This document shows, piece after piece, positions 51,973 to 64,000 of a stretch of 64,000 nt of DNA (within the stretch, counting starts at the first letter, position 1; each line of letters starts with the position of its first letter). The stretch is from contig CAVWXH010000016.1 of NCBI GenBank assembly GCA_963758915.1, positions 352,001 through 416,000 on the forward strand. Direction: 5' to 3'. The notes under the pieces were generated by a model. The model was not told where the DNA came from, searched no databases, and was given only the letters and a program-made list of their open reading frames with translations. The translations under genes were made by a program, and so were the position numbers. Origin of the DNA: an uncultured Methanomicrobiales archaeon (lineage in GTDB: Archaea; Halobacteriota; Methanomicrobia; Methanomicrobiales; Methanospirillaceae).

Positions 51973-53316
51973 TTATTGCCCTGTTCCCGGAACAATACCG
52001 TACTTCCGGCAGAGAGCCTGCCATGCAGAATAATCGGATCTGCCAAGTACAGGGCCGAGGGAATTGAGGCGGTCCCATTCCCTGGCATCATGCCATTCTT
52101 CGCTCACGGTACCAAAGGATTTTCCCTCCCCGGCAGGTAATACTTCAGGGAGTGACCTGATCCTGCCGAATGCCGGGTATTCTCCGTTGCCGTCAGTGAT
52201 TATTAAGGGGGTTGTCGTTTCGATAAATGCGTATCCGGTATTTTTATATGCATATTCAGGCGTTGAACGAATCCCGACGGCGGTATGTTTCTCGGCATCA
52301 AAGTCCAGTAATGCCACACCGTACCCCAGTTTGTGAAGGATATAGGCAAGAAGTACTGATTTCTCACAGCAGACACCCTTATTGTCAAGCAGGGTCTGGT
52401 ACGGGTACCTGATCTCAAGCCTCCCCGTATCAAGCATCTCCTGGTCATACGGGATCTGCTGCACAAGGCTTACGGCGATCCGTACCTGGTCATCAGGATC
52501 ATCCGTTTTTTCCCGGATGGCATCAACCAGTGGGACGAGAAACGGGTCCTGTACAGGCAGGTAGATAAATTTCTGGTACCGGTCTTTTTCCCCTGTATAA
52601 CTATAGGGGTCCTCTTTTGCTATCTCCCTGGATACACCATTGTACAAGGTAAGGTTCAGCATCCCGTGTTCTCCCCGCAGGACATAGGGGAACGATGTTA
52701 AAACCGCCCCTGTTTTCATAGCCATGTAATGCTTTGGGATAACGCCTGAATCCTGGCTTAATGAAGGCACAGTGGAGTACACAGGTGCAGGAGTCTTTGC
52801 AATGACCGCTCCCTGCTGGCCTGCAGGGCCCCTGGCATCAGTTCCCGAACTTCCGGAATACAGAAATAAATTAGTCCCGCCTTTCCCGGTAATAATCGGG
52901 ATGGAGACGGTAAGGGCAATAGTAAGGACCATGAGCAGGACAATGACCATTGCCCATACCTTCAATGACTGCTTGTTCTTCCCGGTAGTCACCACACGGG
53001 AGTTCAGATTTTCCCTGGTACCCGTTGAACCATTCCGGGCAGTTTTTTTGGACTGAACAGATGATTTCAGAGATGTACGCGAAGGGATATTCGCATTGCC
53101 CCCTGCTGGTCCATATTTCTTCGCTCTTTCAAAACAAGTGACTGCTTCATCCAGATAACCAAGCGCACGACAGGTCATACCCAGGTTGTACCACGCATCT
53201 GCATAGAGGGGGTCTATCTGCACCGCTTCCGAGTAACAACGCAATGCTTCTTCAAACCGTTTCTGCCTATAGTATCCGTTTCCTTTCTCCTTCCAGTCGG
53301 TCGCACCGGTATCCAT
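51973..53316 (-). CDS. TPR + TM + transglutaminase-like domain protein
   Basis: TPR (WKEKGN, AWYNLG), TM helix, VQQIPY, YPYQTL, GVCCEKS, HTAVG, FIETT. Confidence 0.8.
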   Translation of the reverse strand: MDTGATDWKEKGNGYYRQKRFEEALRCYSEAVQIDPLYADAWYNLGMTCRALGYLDEAVTCFERAKKYGPAGGNANIPSRTSLKSSVQSKKTARNGSTGTRENLNSRVVTTGKNKQSLKVWAMVIVLLMVLTIALTVSIPIITGKGGTNLFLYSGSSGTDARGPAGQQGAVIAKTPAPVYSTVPSLSQDSGVIPKHYMAMKTGAVLTSFPYVLRGEHGMLNLTLYNGVSREIAKEDPYSYTGEKDRYQKFIYLPVQDPFLVPLVDAIREKTDDPDDQVRIAVSLVQQIPYDQEMLDTGRLEIRYPYQTLLDNKGVCCEKSVLLAYILHKLGYGVALLDFDAEKHTAVGIRSTPEYAYKNTGYAFIETTTPLIITDGNGEYPAFGRIRSLPEVLPAGEGKSFGTVSEEWHDAREWDRLNSLGPVLGRSDYSAWQALCRKYGIVPGTGQ

Positions 53317-53397
53317 TATTCCCTGCAGATATGTTTGTCTGGTATTTCGTGCCGTAAAATTTAAACTCGCGGGTAGCAACAACAAAGACCGGGAGCA

Positions 53398-56090
53398 TTA
53401 CCAGTAACGATGCGTCCTGATAAAATTCCGTTCCGCTTTCAGTATCTCCCGGTAGAATGCATCACCTTCAGAGAGTGTCAGTAAGATCCTCGATGCATGT
53501 TCAGGTCCCACACCTTTTCCTGCCAGTGCGATGACTGCCTTCTTCCCGCTGGAAAGGACAATATTGGCGTTCCTGTTCAGCCTTATTTCGATTGCGCGTT
53601 CTTCAACCGTCTTTTTCTGCTTGTTTGCAATGGCATAAAGCTGCTCATCCCATGGTTTGAGGACAGCGATGAGGCGGGCATTGCAGAGCGGACATACCGG
53701 GTTGTCCTTCACTCTTTCGACAGTTGTCTTGCTTTTCCATTTCCGGCAGTTCATACATGCAAGGAACACTTCCTGCTGCATGAGGCGGCGTTTGAGAGTT
53801 GATATAACCGCCTGGTCTGCAGTAGGTGGGGGTATCTGGTCACGGGATGAAGTGAACAGTGCCTCGGCTCCCAGCAGGCTGATCGGCCCCGTATGGACCT
53901 CGATTTTTCCGGAACGGACTTCTTCAACAATAGCCGCAGCACCATCCACGTCCATGTATACGGAGAACAACTCTCGATAGGCTTCATCCTGGATCACGGT
54001 ATCTTCAAACATTTCGGTTAGACGATGGATTGACAACCGTTCATAGTCAGCGTCCGGGTCAATTGCCCCGAATTTTTTCGCTATCTGTACCAGTTTCCAC
54101 TTGAAAAGAGCTGTACGCTTGAGCGCGAGCCCGAGTATCCCCCTGATATGCGCGGGTTCAAGTGCAAGAAGGGCTTCTTTGACATCCGGTGCCCTGATAG
54201 TGGATGGTAACCTCAGCAGTGCCCTGTATGCATCGATCTCAATTCCAACGGTTGTTCCGTACCGTGCTGAAATGAGGATAGAGAGGACGCGGGCGAGGGC
54301 CTCGTTTGTTTTATGGCCTGCACAACAATTAAGCACCACACCTTCCGGGGCGTTTTCAAGGGTAATACACTCGTCTGTCGGTACAACCGACCTGTTCTTA
54401 TCCATCTCGGAAAGGAACCGCAATACAACGTGAGATACCGTTTCATCGTCCGAATATGACCTGATATCACGAGTCCTCCGTAGGCGCCCCTGTTCACGGG
54501 CGATTTCAAAGGGGACAGGTATCTGCTCTCCCTCCCATGAAGGCAGTTCACCTTTTGCGAATTTCGCGGGTTCGACCGTAATTTTTCCGTCTTCAATATC
54601 AAGGACCCTCCAGAGCTGTCCCTTGGTAATAAATACAGCTCCCGTGTAGACCCATCCTACAACAAAGGACTCGTCAAGCGTGCCGACAGTCTTCCGCGAT
54701 ACCATGTCAAACACCGGCATCTTACGTTCGTCATGGATCATCGAAAGGTTGCCTGCGAGGTAGCGCCGTGCGCGGGACGTGGTAATGATACTGTCACCAT
54801 TCAGCCTTATCAACCGGTGGTCCTGCATCTGGCCGCATACCCTTGAAAGGAAGTCCGGGTGACCGGAAAAGACCGAAGTCCTCCCAATAATTGAGGTGAT
54901 TTTCGATTTCTGGATCTCGCCATATTCTACTGCCATCGCTGCGACCTGGTTGGCAAGGACATCTGCCGCATCTTTCGGGATGCGGACGGGTTCTATCTCA
55001 TTTGCCCTGGCTTTCCGGGCAATAACAAGCGATTCGAGAAGATCATCAAACCCTGTGGCAAAGACCGTGCCCCTCGAAACGGTGTTCAGCTGGTGCCCGG
55101 CCCGGCCAACTCTCTGGACGAGGCGTGCAACTTCCCGGGGGGAGCCGAACTGTATTACATGTCCGACATGCCCGATATCAATTCCCAGTTCCATTGAAGA
55201 TGTGCAGATGAGTGCCTTTATCCGGCCTGATTTGAACTTTTCCTCGGCTTCGATCCGCACTTCACGGGAAAGTGATCCGTGATGGACTTCAACATCGCCC
55301 CTTGCATACAGGACATGGCCCAGCGCCTCTGCAGTAACGCGTGTATTGGTAAAGACCAGTGTTGATCCATGTGAATCGATTGACTTCCCAACAGATTCCG
55401 CCTGGTGTTCAAATTTATCACCGATATACTCTACCCCGATCTCAAGGTGTTTCGCGACCGGGACCTGGACAAGCGAGAATGGACGCTGCCCGCAAAGGTA
55501 ACGGCCTACATCCCCGGGGTTGCCGACAGTTGCAGATAGTCCCAGCCGCTGGAATTCCCCTGCATACTCCACCAGTCGTTCAAGTCCCACCGCGAGCTGT
55601 ATTCCCCGCTTACTTCCTGCAAGCTCGTGAATTTCATCAATTACTACAAACCGCACATTGTCCAGGTGCTTCCTGAGAATTTTCCCCATAAAAAGTGCCT
55701 GAAGGGTTTCAGGCGTGGTTATTAACAGGTCGGGTGGTGAAAGTGCCTGTTTTCTCCGGTCTGTTGCAGTCGTATCCCCATGACGCACCCCGACAGAAAA
55801 ACCAGCTCCTTACACCACCACTCGAGACGCTGGAGCATGTCCCGGTTCAGCGATCTGAGCGGGGTAATGTACAGGACCTGGAACCCACCCCCGGGCAGGG
55901 AAAGCATGCTGTTGAACACGGGGAGCATGGCACTCTCAGTCTTACCGGTCCCGGTAGGCGCGATAAGGACCATGTGTTCCCCTGAAAGGACACGCGGGAT
56001 CGCCTGGGTCTGCACCTCGGAAAGGTCAGAGAAGCCACGTTTCCGGATACACGCCCTGATCCGGGAGTCAAGGAGATCAGCCGGACTCAT
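53398..56090 (-). CDS. lhr: Lhr-like SF2 helicase with C-terminal zinc finger; frameshift near 55803
   Basis: APTGTGKT, DEIHE, LSAT, HHGSL, QRVGRAGH, PSWEGE, CMNC...CPLC. Confidence 0.88.
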
Positions 56091-57051
56091 ATTCCTCCAC
56101 CGACGAAAGTGGCCCGATATAGGTACCATCAGCCAGGTAGATTTCGCAGGACGTCCTGTCCATGCACCGGGAGAGCGGGGAGGTCGGTGAACCGGCTATC
56201 TTCAGCACATCGAACCCGGACAGTTCGTTAAATGCCGGTATAAACAGCACCCTCGTTCCGGATCGGCCATGCTCACGCTGAATAGTCCCTTCCGGAAGTT
56301 CAGGCCAGGCCATACCTTCATAATCGGGCAGGTTACAATCAAAACCATCCACTGAACCGGTCCCTGAAAGTGATACCATGGGGACCTTCTTTTTTTTCCG
56401 GGTCGTCCGGGTTTTTCCAGTTCCAAACTGCAGGGTATGAGAGACTGGTTGTTCACAGGCAGGTACATGGCTATGGTTTCCCATGTTGTCCGATGGCCTC
56501 ATTCTTGTGAAACATTCCTCCCTGATTTTTGCAAACAGGTAGGCTGGCGCCCGGAGTGAACACCCGACTTCGTCCCGGAGGCATACAAGCGGGTGGTGGT
56601 GACCGCAGACAATCAGGTGGCCTTCAAGGGAGGGATCTGGATAGGTATGACCATGAATGTAGCCGGTACCGTCAACAAGGGCTCCTTCTTTTGGTAACAG
56701 TTCTCCATCCATGAGAAACCGCTCTATCCCGATATCATGGTTTCCCGGCATCAGCAACAGGCGGGATAAACCCCGGAGAGAAGAGAGAAGTTCCGGGAGC
56801 TCACGGTATTCCTGCCAGGTCGTCTGTGGAATACTGTGTTTTACATCACCTAGGAGAAGTACGATATCAGGGTCTGTTTCCCTGATGCATGCAACACACT
56901 TTTCCTGTCGCTGCCGGCTCCTGCTTTTAAAATGTATGCCGTGACGTGCAAGATCTGACTCAATTCCCAGGTGGAGATCTGCGATGACCAGCACATCTTT
57001 GGTGTTGCTGACAAGAAGCGCCGGACCGGACTCGATGAATTCAAGGTTCAT
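56077..57051 (-). CDS. Metallophosphoesterase (Lhr-associated family)
   Basis: ADLHLG, GDVKH, GNHD, HGH, GHHHP, PAFN. Confidence 0.85.
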   Translation of the reverse strand: MNLEFIESGPALLVSNTKDVLVIADLHLGIESDLARHGIHFKSRSRQRQEKCVACIRETDPDIVLLLGDVKHSIPQTTWQEYRELPELLSSLRGLSRLLLMPGNHDIGIERFLMDGELLPKEGALVDGTGYIHGHTYPDPSLEGHLIVCGHHHPLVCLRDEVGCSLRAPAYLFAKIREECFTRMRPSDNMGNHSHVPACEQPVSHTLQFGTGKTRTTRKKKKVPMVSLSGTGSVDGFDCNLPDYEGMAWPELPEGTIQREHGRSGTRVLFIPAFNELSGFDVLKIAGSPTSPLSRCMDRTSCEIYLADGTYIGPLSSVEEYESG

Positions 57052-57818
57052 AACAGCTTTATTGCACCTGCAGCAGGCTGGTAACATTCATCCTCTTCCA
57101 CAAGCTGCCGGACTGCAGCAATGACCTGGTCTTCGCGTATCCCCTTCCCGGCTGCAATCGGGAACAGTTCGGATATGTTGACACCCTTCGGTCCGCTGTG
57201 GGTTTTTATCAGGTCAAGCAGGACTTCCCGTGGATCAGGTACTACGATTGAGCCTCCGATAACCCCAGTGACTTTTGACAGGGCTTCCTCAACCATATCC
57301 ACGAGCGATCTGATTTGGACAGCACTTATGTGATAATGATTAATTGCCTGCCTGATTACCGGGTCATCCGTTCCATTCCTGATTGCCTCCTCCAAAATTT
57401 CAAGCCGTGCGAGTGTCTGTCCGGCTGTGACAAGAATCCATGAATCACGAGTAACCCGGTCAACAATCCGGATTGACAGGGGTCTGATGATAACTCCCTT
57501 ATTAATACTCCGTGAAACCTGTGCCTCACCGGTGACCAGTACAAAAACCGGCGGTTCCACCTTTTCAAGAACCGTGAAAACTTCTTCCTCCTGTATACCT
57601 GTGGACAGGTTAAAGGTCCCGGTGGGGTCAGCAACCCACGCCTGCAGAAATCCACCGGGTTTTTTTTCCACGCGGGTCAGTGCACCGCCCAGTAACAGGT
57701 ATGAACCGCATGCCCCCGAAGGCGTAATCATTAATTGTGGAGATTGTTTCGATCCCGCATCTTTTTGCAGGGATGTCCCTGATAGTTCGCCTGCAAAAAT
57801 CCTGAGTAGGGCCGTCAT
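57048..57818 (-). CDS. OB-fold nucleic-acid-binding protein with C-terminal winged helix (RPA-associated-like)
   Basis: RIFAGEL, TPSGA, VADPTGTF, LVEEDECYQP. Confidence 0.7.
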   Translation of the reverse strand: MTALLRIFAGELSGTSLQKDAGSKQSPQLMITPSGACGSYLLLGGALTRVEKKPGGFLQAWVADPTGTFNLSTGIQEEEVFTVLEKVEPPVFVLVTGEAQVSRSINKGVIIRPLSIRIVDRVTRDSWILVTAGQTLARLEILEEAIRNGTDDPVIRQAINHYHISAVQIRSLVDMVEEALSKVTGVIGGSIVVPDPREVLLDLIKTHSGPKGVNISELFPIAAGKGIREDQVIAAVRQLVEEDECYQPAAGAIKLL

Positions 57819-58325
57819 GTCCTGGATCTCCCGGGAAATATACACGTATAGTACGTACAGGTTGTAAAACTGATACTATGATTACCTGAATTATTGCAAA
57901 AATACCTTACCTGTTGACAGGCAGGGGTCATGCTGTTCTTTCCGCTCATATTTGTATACATAGTATCTCAGGCCTCAGCTGATATCCATTATGCTGAAGG
58001 CAATTGTTATCCCGGTAACAGTTTAGTACCGGCGATTAAACATCAGGATGTTTTTTTTACGCATGAAAATAATCCATCATTATTATCGATCCTGTTATAT
58101 TGTAATTGATAAATAGTTGCTTTTTCCTGGTATTACCCTCATATATCACCTTATTCATGTATTGCGCGCTCATTAAGCGATGAATCATTCCGGGTACAAT
58201 AACTCCCTACCATGGGGGTAAATTGCGATTCCGGGGGTTTGCAGGTGAGACCTGACCCGCGAATTTATAAAGTCGACATTACCCTTAAATACTTTCCTAT
58301 TCAATCTCAAACCACTGTGGTTTTT

Positions 58326-61300
58326 ATGCGAACGAAAGGGCTAAAGATTGCGTTTCTAACGGTAGTCCTGATAATCAGCATCATATCACTGTCAGCAGCG
58401 GCAGCAGATGATGTAAAGGCTACGAATTATCCTTTCTTTACGAAAGGGAATGTAAGCGGCGGAACTTCTGCTCCGTCTCCGGTTGATCTCCTTCTAGGGT
58501 CAATAACAGGAACCGGTGATGAACAGGAAAACCTGGTATTGCTGGATCCGGATAATGCCAAGACCGCATCCGGAAGCTGGATAAAGCCAATACCTGTGCA
58601 ATTCATCAGGAATGCAGGACAGGCCGGTGAAGGAGTAAGGTTTGAGATAATTTCTGAAACAGGCTCCATCTTCTTTACAGATTCTAAAACCGTGTTTGCA
58701 CTCTCCTCACCGGATAATCCATTAGATGCTGAGGTCTTCTCTCAACAATTTGCAGGGGCAAATACAACGTTGGTCGAAGGGATTAAACCCCTGCCAGGAA
58801 AGGTTAATTTCTTTATTGGCTCTAACCAGAATAACTGGTACACTAACGTAGATACCTACGAGGGTATCCATTATATTGGCCTCTATCCGGGAATTGATTT
58901 GAATTATAGGGTATTGAAGGTAACCTTAAAAGTGAATTCCTTCTTAAGCCGCATAGTGACCCCGGCCTGATCCGGATAAGATATGAGGGTATTACCAGTA
59001 TTGCCAAAGGAAACGATGGATCACTGGTCATTACAACCCGGCTAGGCACCTTCAGGGAACTTAAACCCGATGCATACCAGATGATCAATGGCCAGAAATT
59101 GCCGGTAAGCGTTGACTATACTATAGTATCGCCCAATGAAGTGGGTTTCAACGTGGGGAATTATGATAAGAATTATCCGCTTGTAATAGACCCCGTGATG
59201 AGATATGGCATTTATCTTGCAGGAATTGGTGTGGCAGATGCGAGGGCTATTACCAAGGATCCGGATGGGAATGCCTATGTTGCCGGCAGGACCTATACAG
59301 GGTTCACGCTTCCAGGTCCGGGTGAAGTGGTCGAAAGAACAGGAACAGATGCAATTGTAGTAAAAATCAATGCCGATGGGTCTGCCCCACTTATATAGTA
59401 CATACCTCGGGGGGAGCAGGAATGACGGTGCTGCAGGAATTGCCCTTGATGAAAATCGCAATGTATTCCTGACAGGATCAACCAGTTCGCCAGATTTCCC
59501 TACCGTTCAGCCTATACAGGGTTCCCTGAGAGGGGAAACAAATGCTTTTGTGCTTGAACTCGGACCTTCAGGGGATTCGATAATCTATTCAACCTATCTT
59601 GGAGGGACAAAGACCGATAACGGAAATGCCATAGCCATCGATCCGCAGGACAACGCCTATATCACAGGAACAACTACCTCCATCGACTTCCCGACCATTA
59701 ATCAATTTCATACCTACCAGTTGAACGGAGCTCAGGCTGCATTTGTTTCAAAAATCGAAACATCTGGATCAGAGCTTGTGTACTCCGGCTATATCGGTGG
59801 AAATGCACCCACTACCGGAGCAGGGATAGCCGTTGATACAAGTGGGAATGCATTTGTCACCGGCGAGACCTATGCATTAAGCGGCTTCCCCATCATTCAT
59901 GCCTACCAGCCACACAGCGGGGGAAATGGGGATGCATATATAATTAAAATTGCACCAAATGGAGGTTCAGCAATATATTCGACATATATCGGTGGTTCCG
60001 GTTATGACAGCGGTGCATCTGTTGCCCTCGATTCAGCCGGAAACGCATATATCACGGGTGCCACAGGTTCACCGAATTTTCCCTATAAAAAACGCTGCAC
60101 AGCAGCACCCTGGCGGGGCCCTGGATGCATTTATATTAAAAATCAGTCCTGATGGTTCACAATCTCGTATATTCAACGTACCTTGGAGGATGGCTGACCG
60201 ACAGGGGTAACAGTATTGCACTCAACGACAACGGGAATGCCTATATTACCGGGTGGACGTTCTCAACGAACTTCCCTGTTGTGAACCCCTACCAGTCCAG
60301 GTACGGCGGTGGCGCATCAGATGCATTCGTTGCAAAACTCGGTATTACCGGGGGATCATTTGATTATGTAACCTATCTTGGAGGGAACGGTCGTGACCCC
60401 GGTAATGCAATCGCTGCCGACAACAATGGAAATGCCTATATTGCGGGCAATACAAGCTCCACCAATTTCCCGATGGTAAACCCCTACCCGGTTCCACCCG
60501 GTGTACTTGGGGGATATGTGGTCGTCCTGGGGGACAATCCTGTTCCCCCGGGACCCCCGGTAGCTGATTTCTCAGCGAATACCACGTTCGGATTCAAACC
60601 GGCAACAATCCAGTTCACTGACCTATCCACCATGCACCCGACGTCGTGGCACTGGGACTTCGGAGACGGGTCTGTTTCAACATTACAAAACCCTGTCCAC
60701 ACCTACATGGAGCCGGACACCTATACCGTTACCCTGAAAGCCACGAACCCGTATGGGGCCGACACTGTTGTTAAGGAAGGGTACATCACCGTCATAGGGC
60801 CAATCGGAGGTGACAAGGGGTACTACCTTGTCCATAGTAACGTTGATGGAGCAAGTGTCCTGTTTGATGATGTCAATGAAGGGACTATTGTCAACGGGAC
60901 ACTTCTGGTTGAAGTTTATGTAACAGGAACACCATTCAGGACATTCACTGTTCAAAAATGCGGGTACTTCTCTCTGACCCAGAATATTACCGGTTACCCG
61001 GCCAAAGGTGAGACGGTTAACCTGTACGCCAACCTGACAGCGCCTAAGGAACCCCTGATTGCAGATTTCATTGGGGGTCCAATATCGGGGGTAGCTCCTC
61101 TGGTTGTCGGGTTTACCGATTATAGTATCGGCCACCCGGAGACCTGGGCCTGGAACTTTGGCGATGGGTCCTCCTCACCAGATGAAAACCCGGTCCATGA
61201 ATACACAATTCCCGGGACTTATAATGTTAGCCTTCACGTGACAAACACGGCCTGTTATAATAGTACGATGGTCAAAACAGGTTATATCATCGTTACTGAA

Positions 61301-64000
61301 GCGCCTGTCCAGCCGGTAGCGGATTTCTCTGCAGACCCGACAACCGGACCCGCCCCCCTCTTCGTGCAGTTCACCGACACATCAACCGGCCCCCCCGCAA
61401 CCTGGAACTGGAACTTTGGCGACGGCAACACCTCAATTTTGCAGAATCCAGCCCATCTCTACGGGATCCCGGGTCTCTATACGGTATCTCTTACCGTGGT
61501 TAACGCCGAGGGTAACAGCACAAAATCCGTAAGTGATTTTATTAACGTCACCGGGACTCCGCCGTGTACTGAAAAGGGTTACTTCCTTGTCCACTCGAAT
61601 GTGAACGGGGCCGAAGTATGGTTTAACCAGACATTTAAAGGAGTTATCGCTGACGGGACACTCCTGGTCGAAGTATGTATCAATGAGCCGCATTTCACCA
61701 CTATTACCGTGGAAAAAGACGGCTATTACCCGTTTAACCAGAACATTACGGAGTACCCGGTGAAGGACCAGACGATTGACGTATATGCCAACCTGACGCC
61801 AATAGTCCAGCCGGTAGCGGATTTCTCTGCAGACCCGACAACCGGACCCGCTCCACTGCTCGTGCAGTTTACCGATACATCATCCAACTCACCGACCTCA
61901 TGGAGCTGGACATTCGGTGACGGTAACATTTCAACTGAACAGGACCCGGTTTACTCTTATGGGACCAACGGCCTCTACACGGTATCACTTACCGTGTCGA
62001 ATCCGGCAGGTAGCAGCACGAAATCCGTCTACGACTTCATCAACGTCACCGGTTGTCCAGAAAAGGGGTTCTTCCTCGTCCACTCGGATGTGGACGGTGC
62101 AGCCGTTTTCTTTGACCAGACTTCAGAGGGAGTTATCTCCAACGGGACACTCCTGGTCGAAGTATGTATCAATGAGCTGCATTTCACCACTATTACCGTG
62201 GAAAAAGACGGCTATTACCCGTTTAACCAGAACATTACGGAGTACCCGGTGAAGGACCAGACGATTGACGTATACGCCAACCTGACGCCAATAGTCCAGC
62301 CGGTAGCGGATTTCTCTGCAGACCCGACAACCGGACCCGCTCCACTGCTCGTGCAGTTTACCGATACATCATCCAACTCACCGACCTCATGGAGCTGGAC
62401 GTTCGGTGACGGTAACATTTCAACTGAACAGGACCCGGTTTACTCTTATGGGACCAACGGCCTCTACACGGTATCACTTACCGTGTCGAATCCGGCAGGT
62501 AGCAGCACGAAATCCGTCTACGACTTCATCAACGTCACCGGTTGTTCAGAAAAGGGGTTCTTCCTCGTCCACTCGAATGTGGACGGTGCAGCCGTTTTCT
62601 TTGACCAGACTTCAGAGGGAGTTATCTCCAACGGGACACTCCTGGTCGAAGTATGTATCAATGAGCCGCATTTCACCACTATTACCGTGGAAAAAGACGG
62701 TTATCACCCGTTTAACCAGAACATTACGGAGTACCCGGTGAAAGACCAGACGATTGACGTATATGCACCCCTGACACCCGTTATTGTCCCACCGGTTGCG
62801 CTGTTCACCGCCCATCCCAGGTCCGGTGGTCCCCCACTACCAGTCCAGTTCGATGACCTTTCAACGGGAAGTCCCGTTTCATGGTACTGGACGTTCGGGG
62901 ATGGCAGCAGCTCAATGGAACAAAACCCCGCATACACATATTATGGCCAGGGCAGGTACAACGTTTCACTGACCGTTTCTAATGAGGCCGGAAACAGCAC
63001 GCTGGAGATCGGGGACTATATTGATACTTCCGGCGGCCCGACACCCCCACCCATATCAGACTTTACTTCGAATGTAACGGGAGGATTTATACCGCTTTCA
63101 GTCCAGTTCACTGACAAATCAATCGGATATGTGGAATTCAGGGAGTGGAATTTCGGGGACGGGTCCCCCCTATCAACGGAACAAAACCCGGTGCATACGT
63201 ACACGGCAGCAGGGAAGTATAATGTCAGCCTGTATGTCCAGAACAGTGCAGGATATATGGTGTGGACACAACCGGGTTACATCACGACATCAGGACAGGT
63301 AAGCCCCGTTGCAGGTTTCACCACCAATACAACATCAGGGCTTGTACCGCTTACGGTCCGGTTCACCGATGCGTCAACCGGGTTCCCGACCATGTGGACC
63401 TGGAATTTCGGGGATAATGCGAGTTCTTCTGAACAAAGCCCGGTTCATACCTATGTATTGCCAGGAACCTACACGGTTGCATTATCTGCCTCAAATTCGT
63501 TTGGCAATGATAGTGTGGTGAAACCCGGCCTCATCAGCGTGCATGAAGAACCAATCCAGTTTACCATTACCGCAACGGCAGGTCCCAATGGAAACATCAG
63601 CCCGTCCGGTCAGATACCAGCATGGGAGGGAAGCAGCCAGGCATTCAGTATTATCCCGGATGCAAACTATGAGGTTCTGAACGTCCTTGTTGATGGTGAA
63701 TCAAAGGGACCCGTAACCAGCTACACCTTCACTAATATCCAGTCAAATCACGGAATAGAAGCGATATTCAGGAGCACAGCCGGGACGACCTTTAATATCA
63801 CGGCATCTGCCGGAGCGAACGGGGGTATAACTCCTTTTGGTATCGTCCCGGTACCGGAAGGTACTGATAAAACATTTATGGCCACACCGGACGCCGGCTA
63901 CCTTGTTTCTAATCTGCTCGTGGACTCACAGTCTGTCGGTCAGGTCACCAGTTACACGTTCCATAATGTGACTGCAGAACATACCATTGCTGCAGTCTTT
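58326..64000 (+). CDS. Giant secreted surface protein: N-terminal beta domain, SBBP beta-propeller repeats, PKD/PEGA-like repeats, C-terminal B-repeat-like domains; frameshifts near 58910, 59390, 60085, 60160; runs off the window
   Basis: Signal MRTKGLKIAFL, FIRNAGQ, YSTYLGG...GNAYITG repeats, WNFGDG PKD motifs; same frame at ~60180 and at the window end with no stop seen. Confidence 0.85.
61307..62780 (+). repeat. Tandem ~489-bp PKD+PEGA-like units
   Basis: GTCCAGCCGGTAGCGGATTTCTCTGCAGACCCG at 61307, 61805 and 62294; near-identical blocks 489 bp apart. Confidence 0.92.

Noticed and set aside
61307-62780. CRISPR array or non-coding repeat
   Set aside because: Unit is ~489 bp, in frame and coding; no short repeat-spacer pattern or cas genes seen in the window

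Overview
Archaeal methanogen DNA, most likely Methanomicrobiales (Methanoregula/Methanolinea-like). This is inferred from gene content: TBP, CarS, Tes, archaeal DnaG, KaiC-like ATPases, PKD surface proteins. In order, the window holds a type IV pilus-related locus (pilin-LamG, two Cys-rich anchored proteins, FlaJ/TadC, FlaI/VirB11, KaiC-like ATPases and a sensor), a fum-kor-suc TCA operon, kup, argF-purD-pyrE, divergent carS/tes, dnaG, pyrC, an RND transporter, tRNA-Leu(CAG), two acyl-CoA synthetases (one fused to a ribbon-helix-helix domain), tbp, an OB-fold/metallophosphoesterase/Lhr operon, and a giant SBBP/PKD surface protein running off the end. Four elements are missing from the ORF track: a two-hairpin box H/ACA guide RNA whose pockets match conserved 23S rRNA sites, about 8 copies of a 250-460 bp MITE-like family with ~15-bp TIRs and ~6-bp target duplications, an internally deleted IS66 element, and a small DnaJ-type zinc-finger gene. 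Many genes are broken by single-base indels, often in homopolymers, which most likely reflects sequencing error. All alignments were done by eye.
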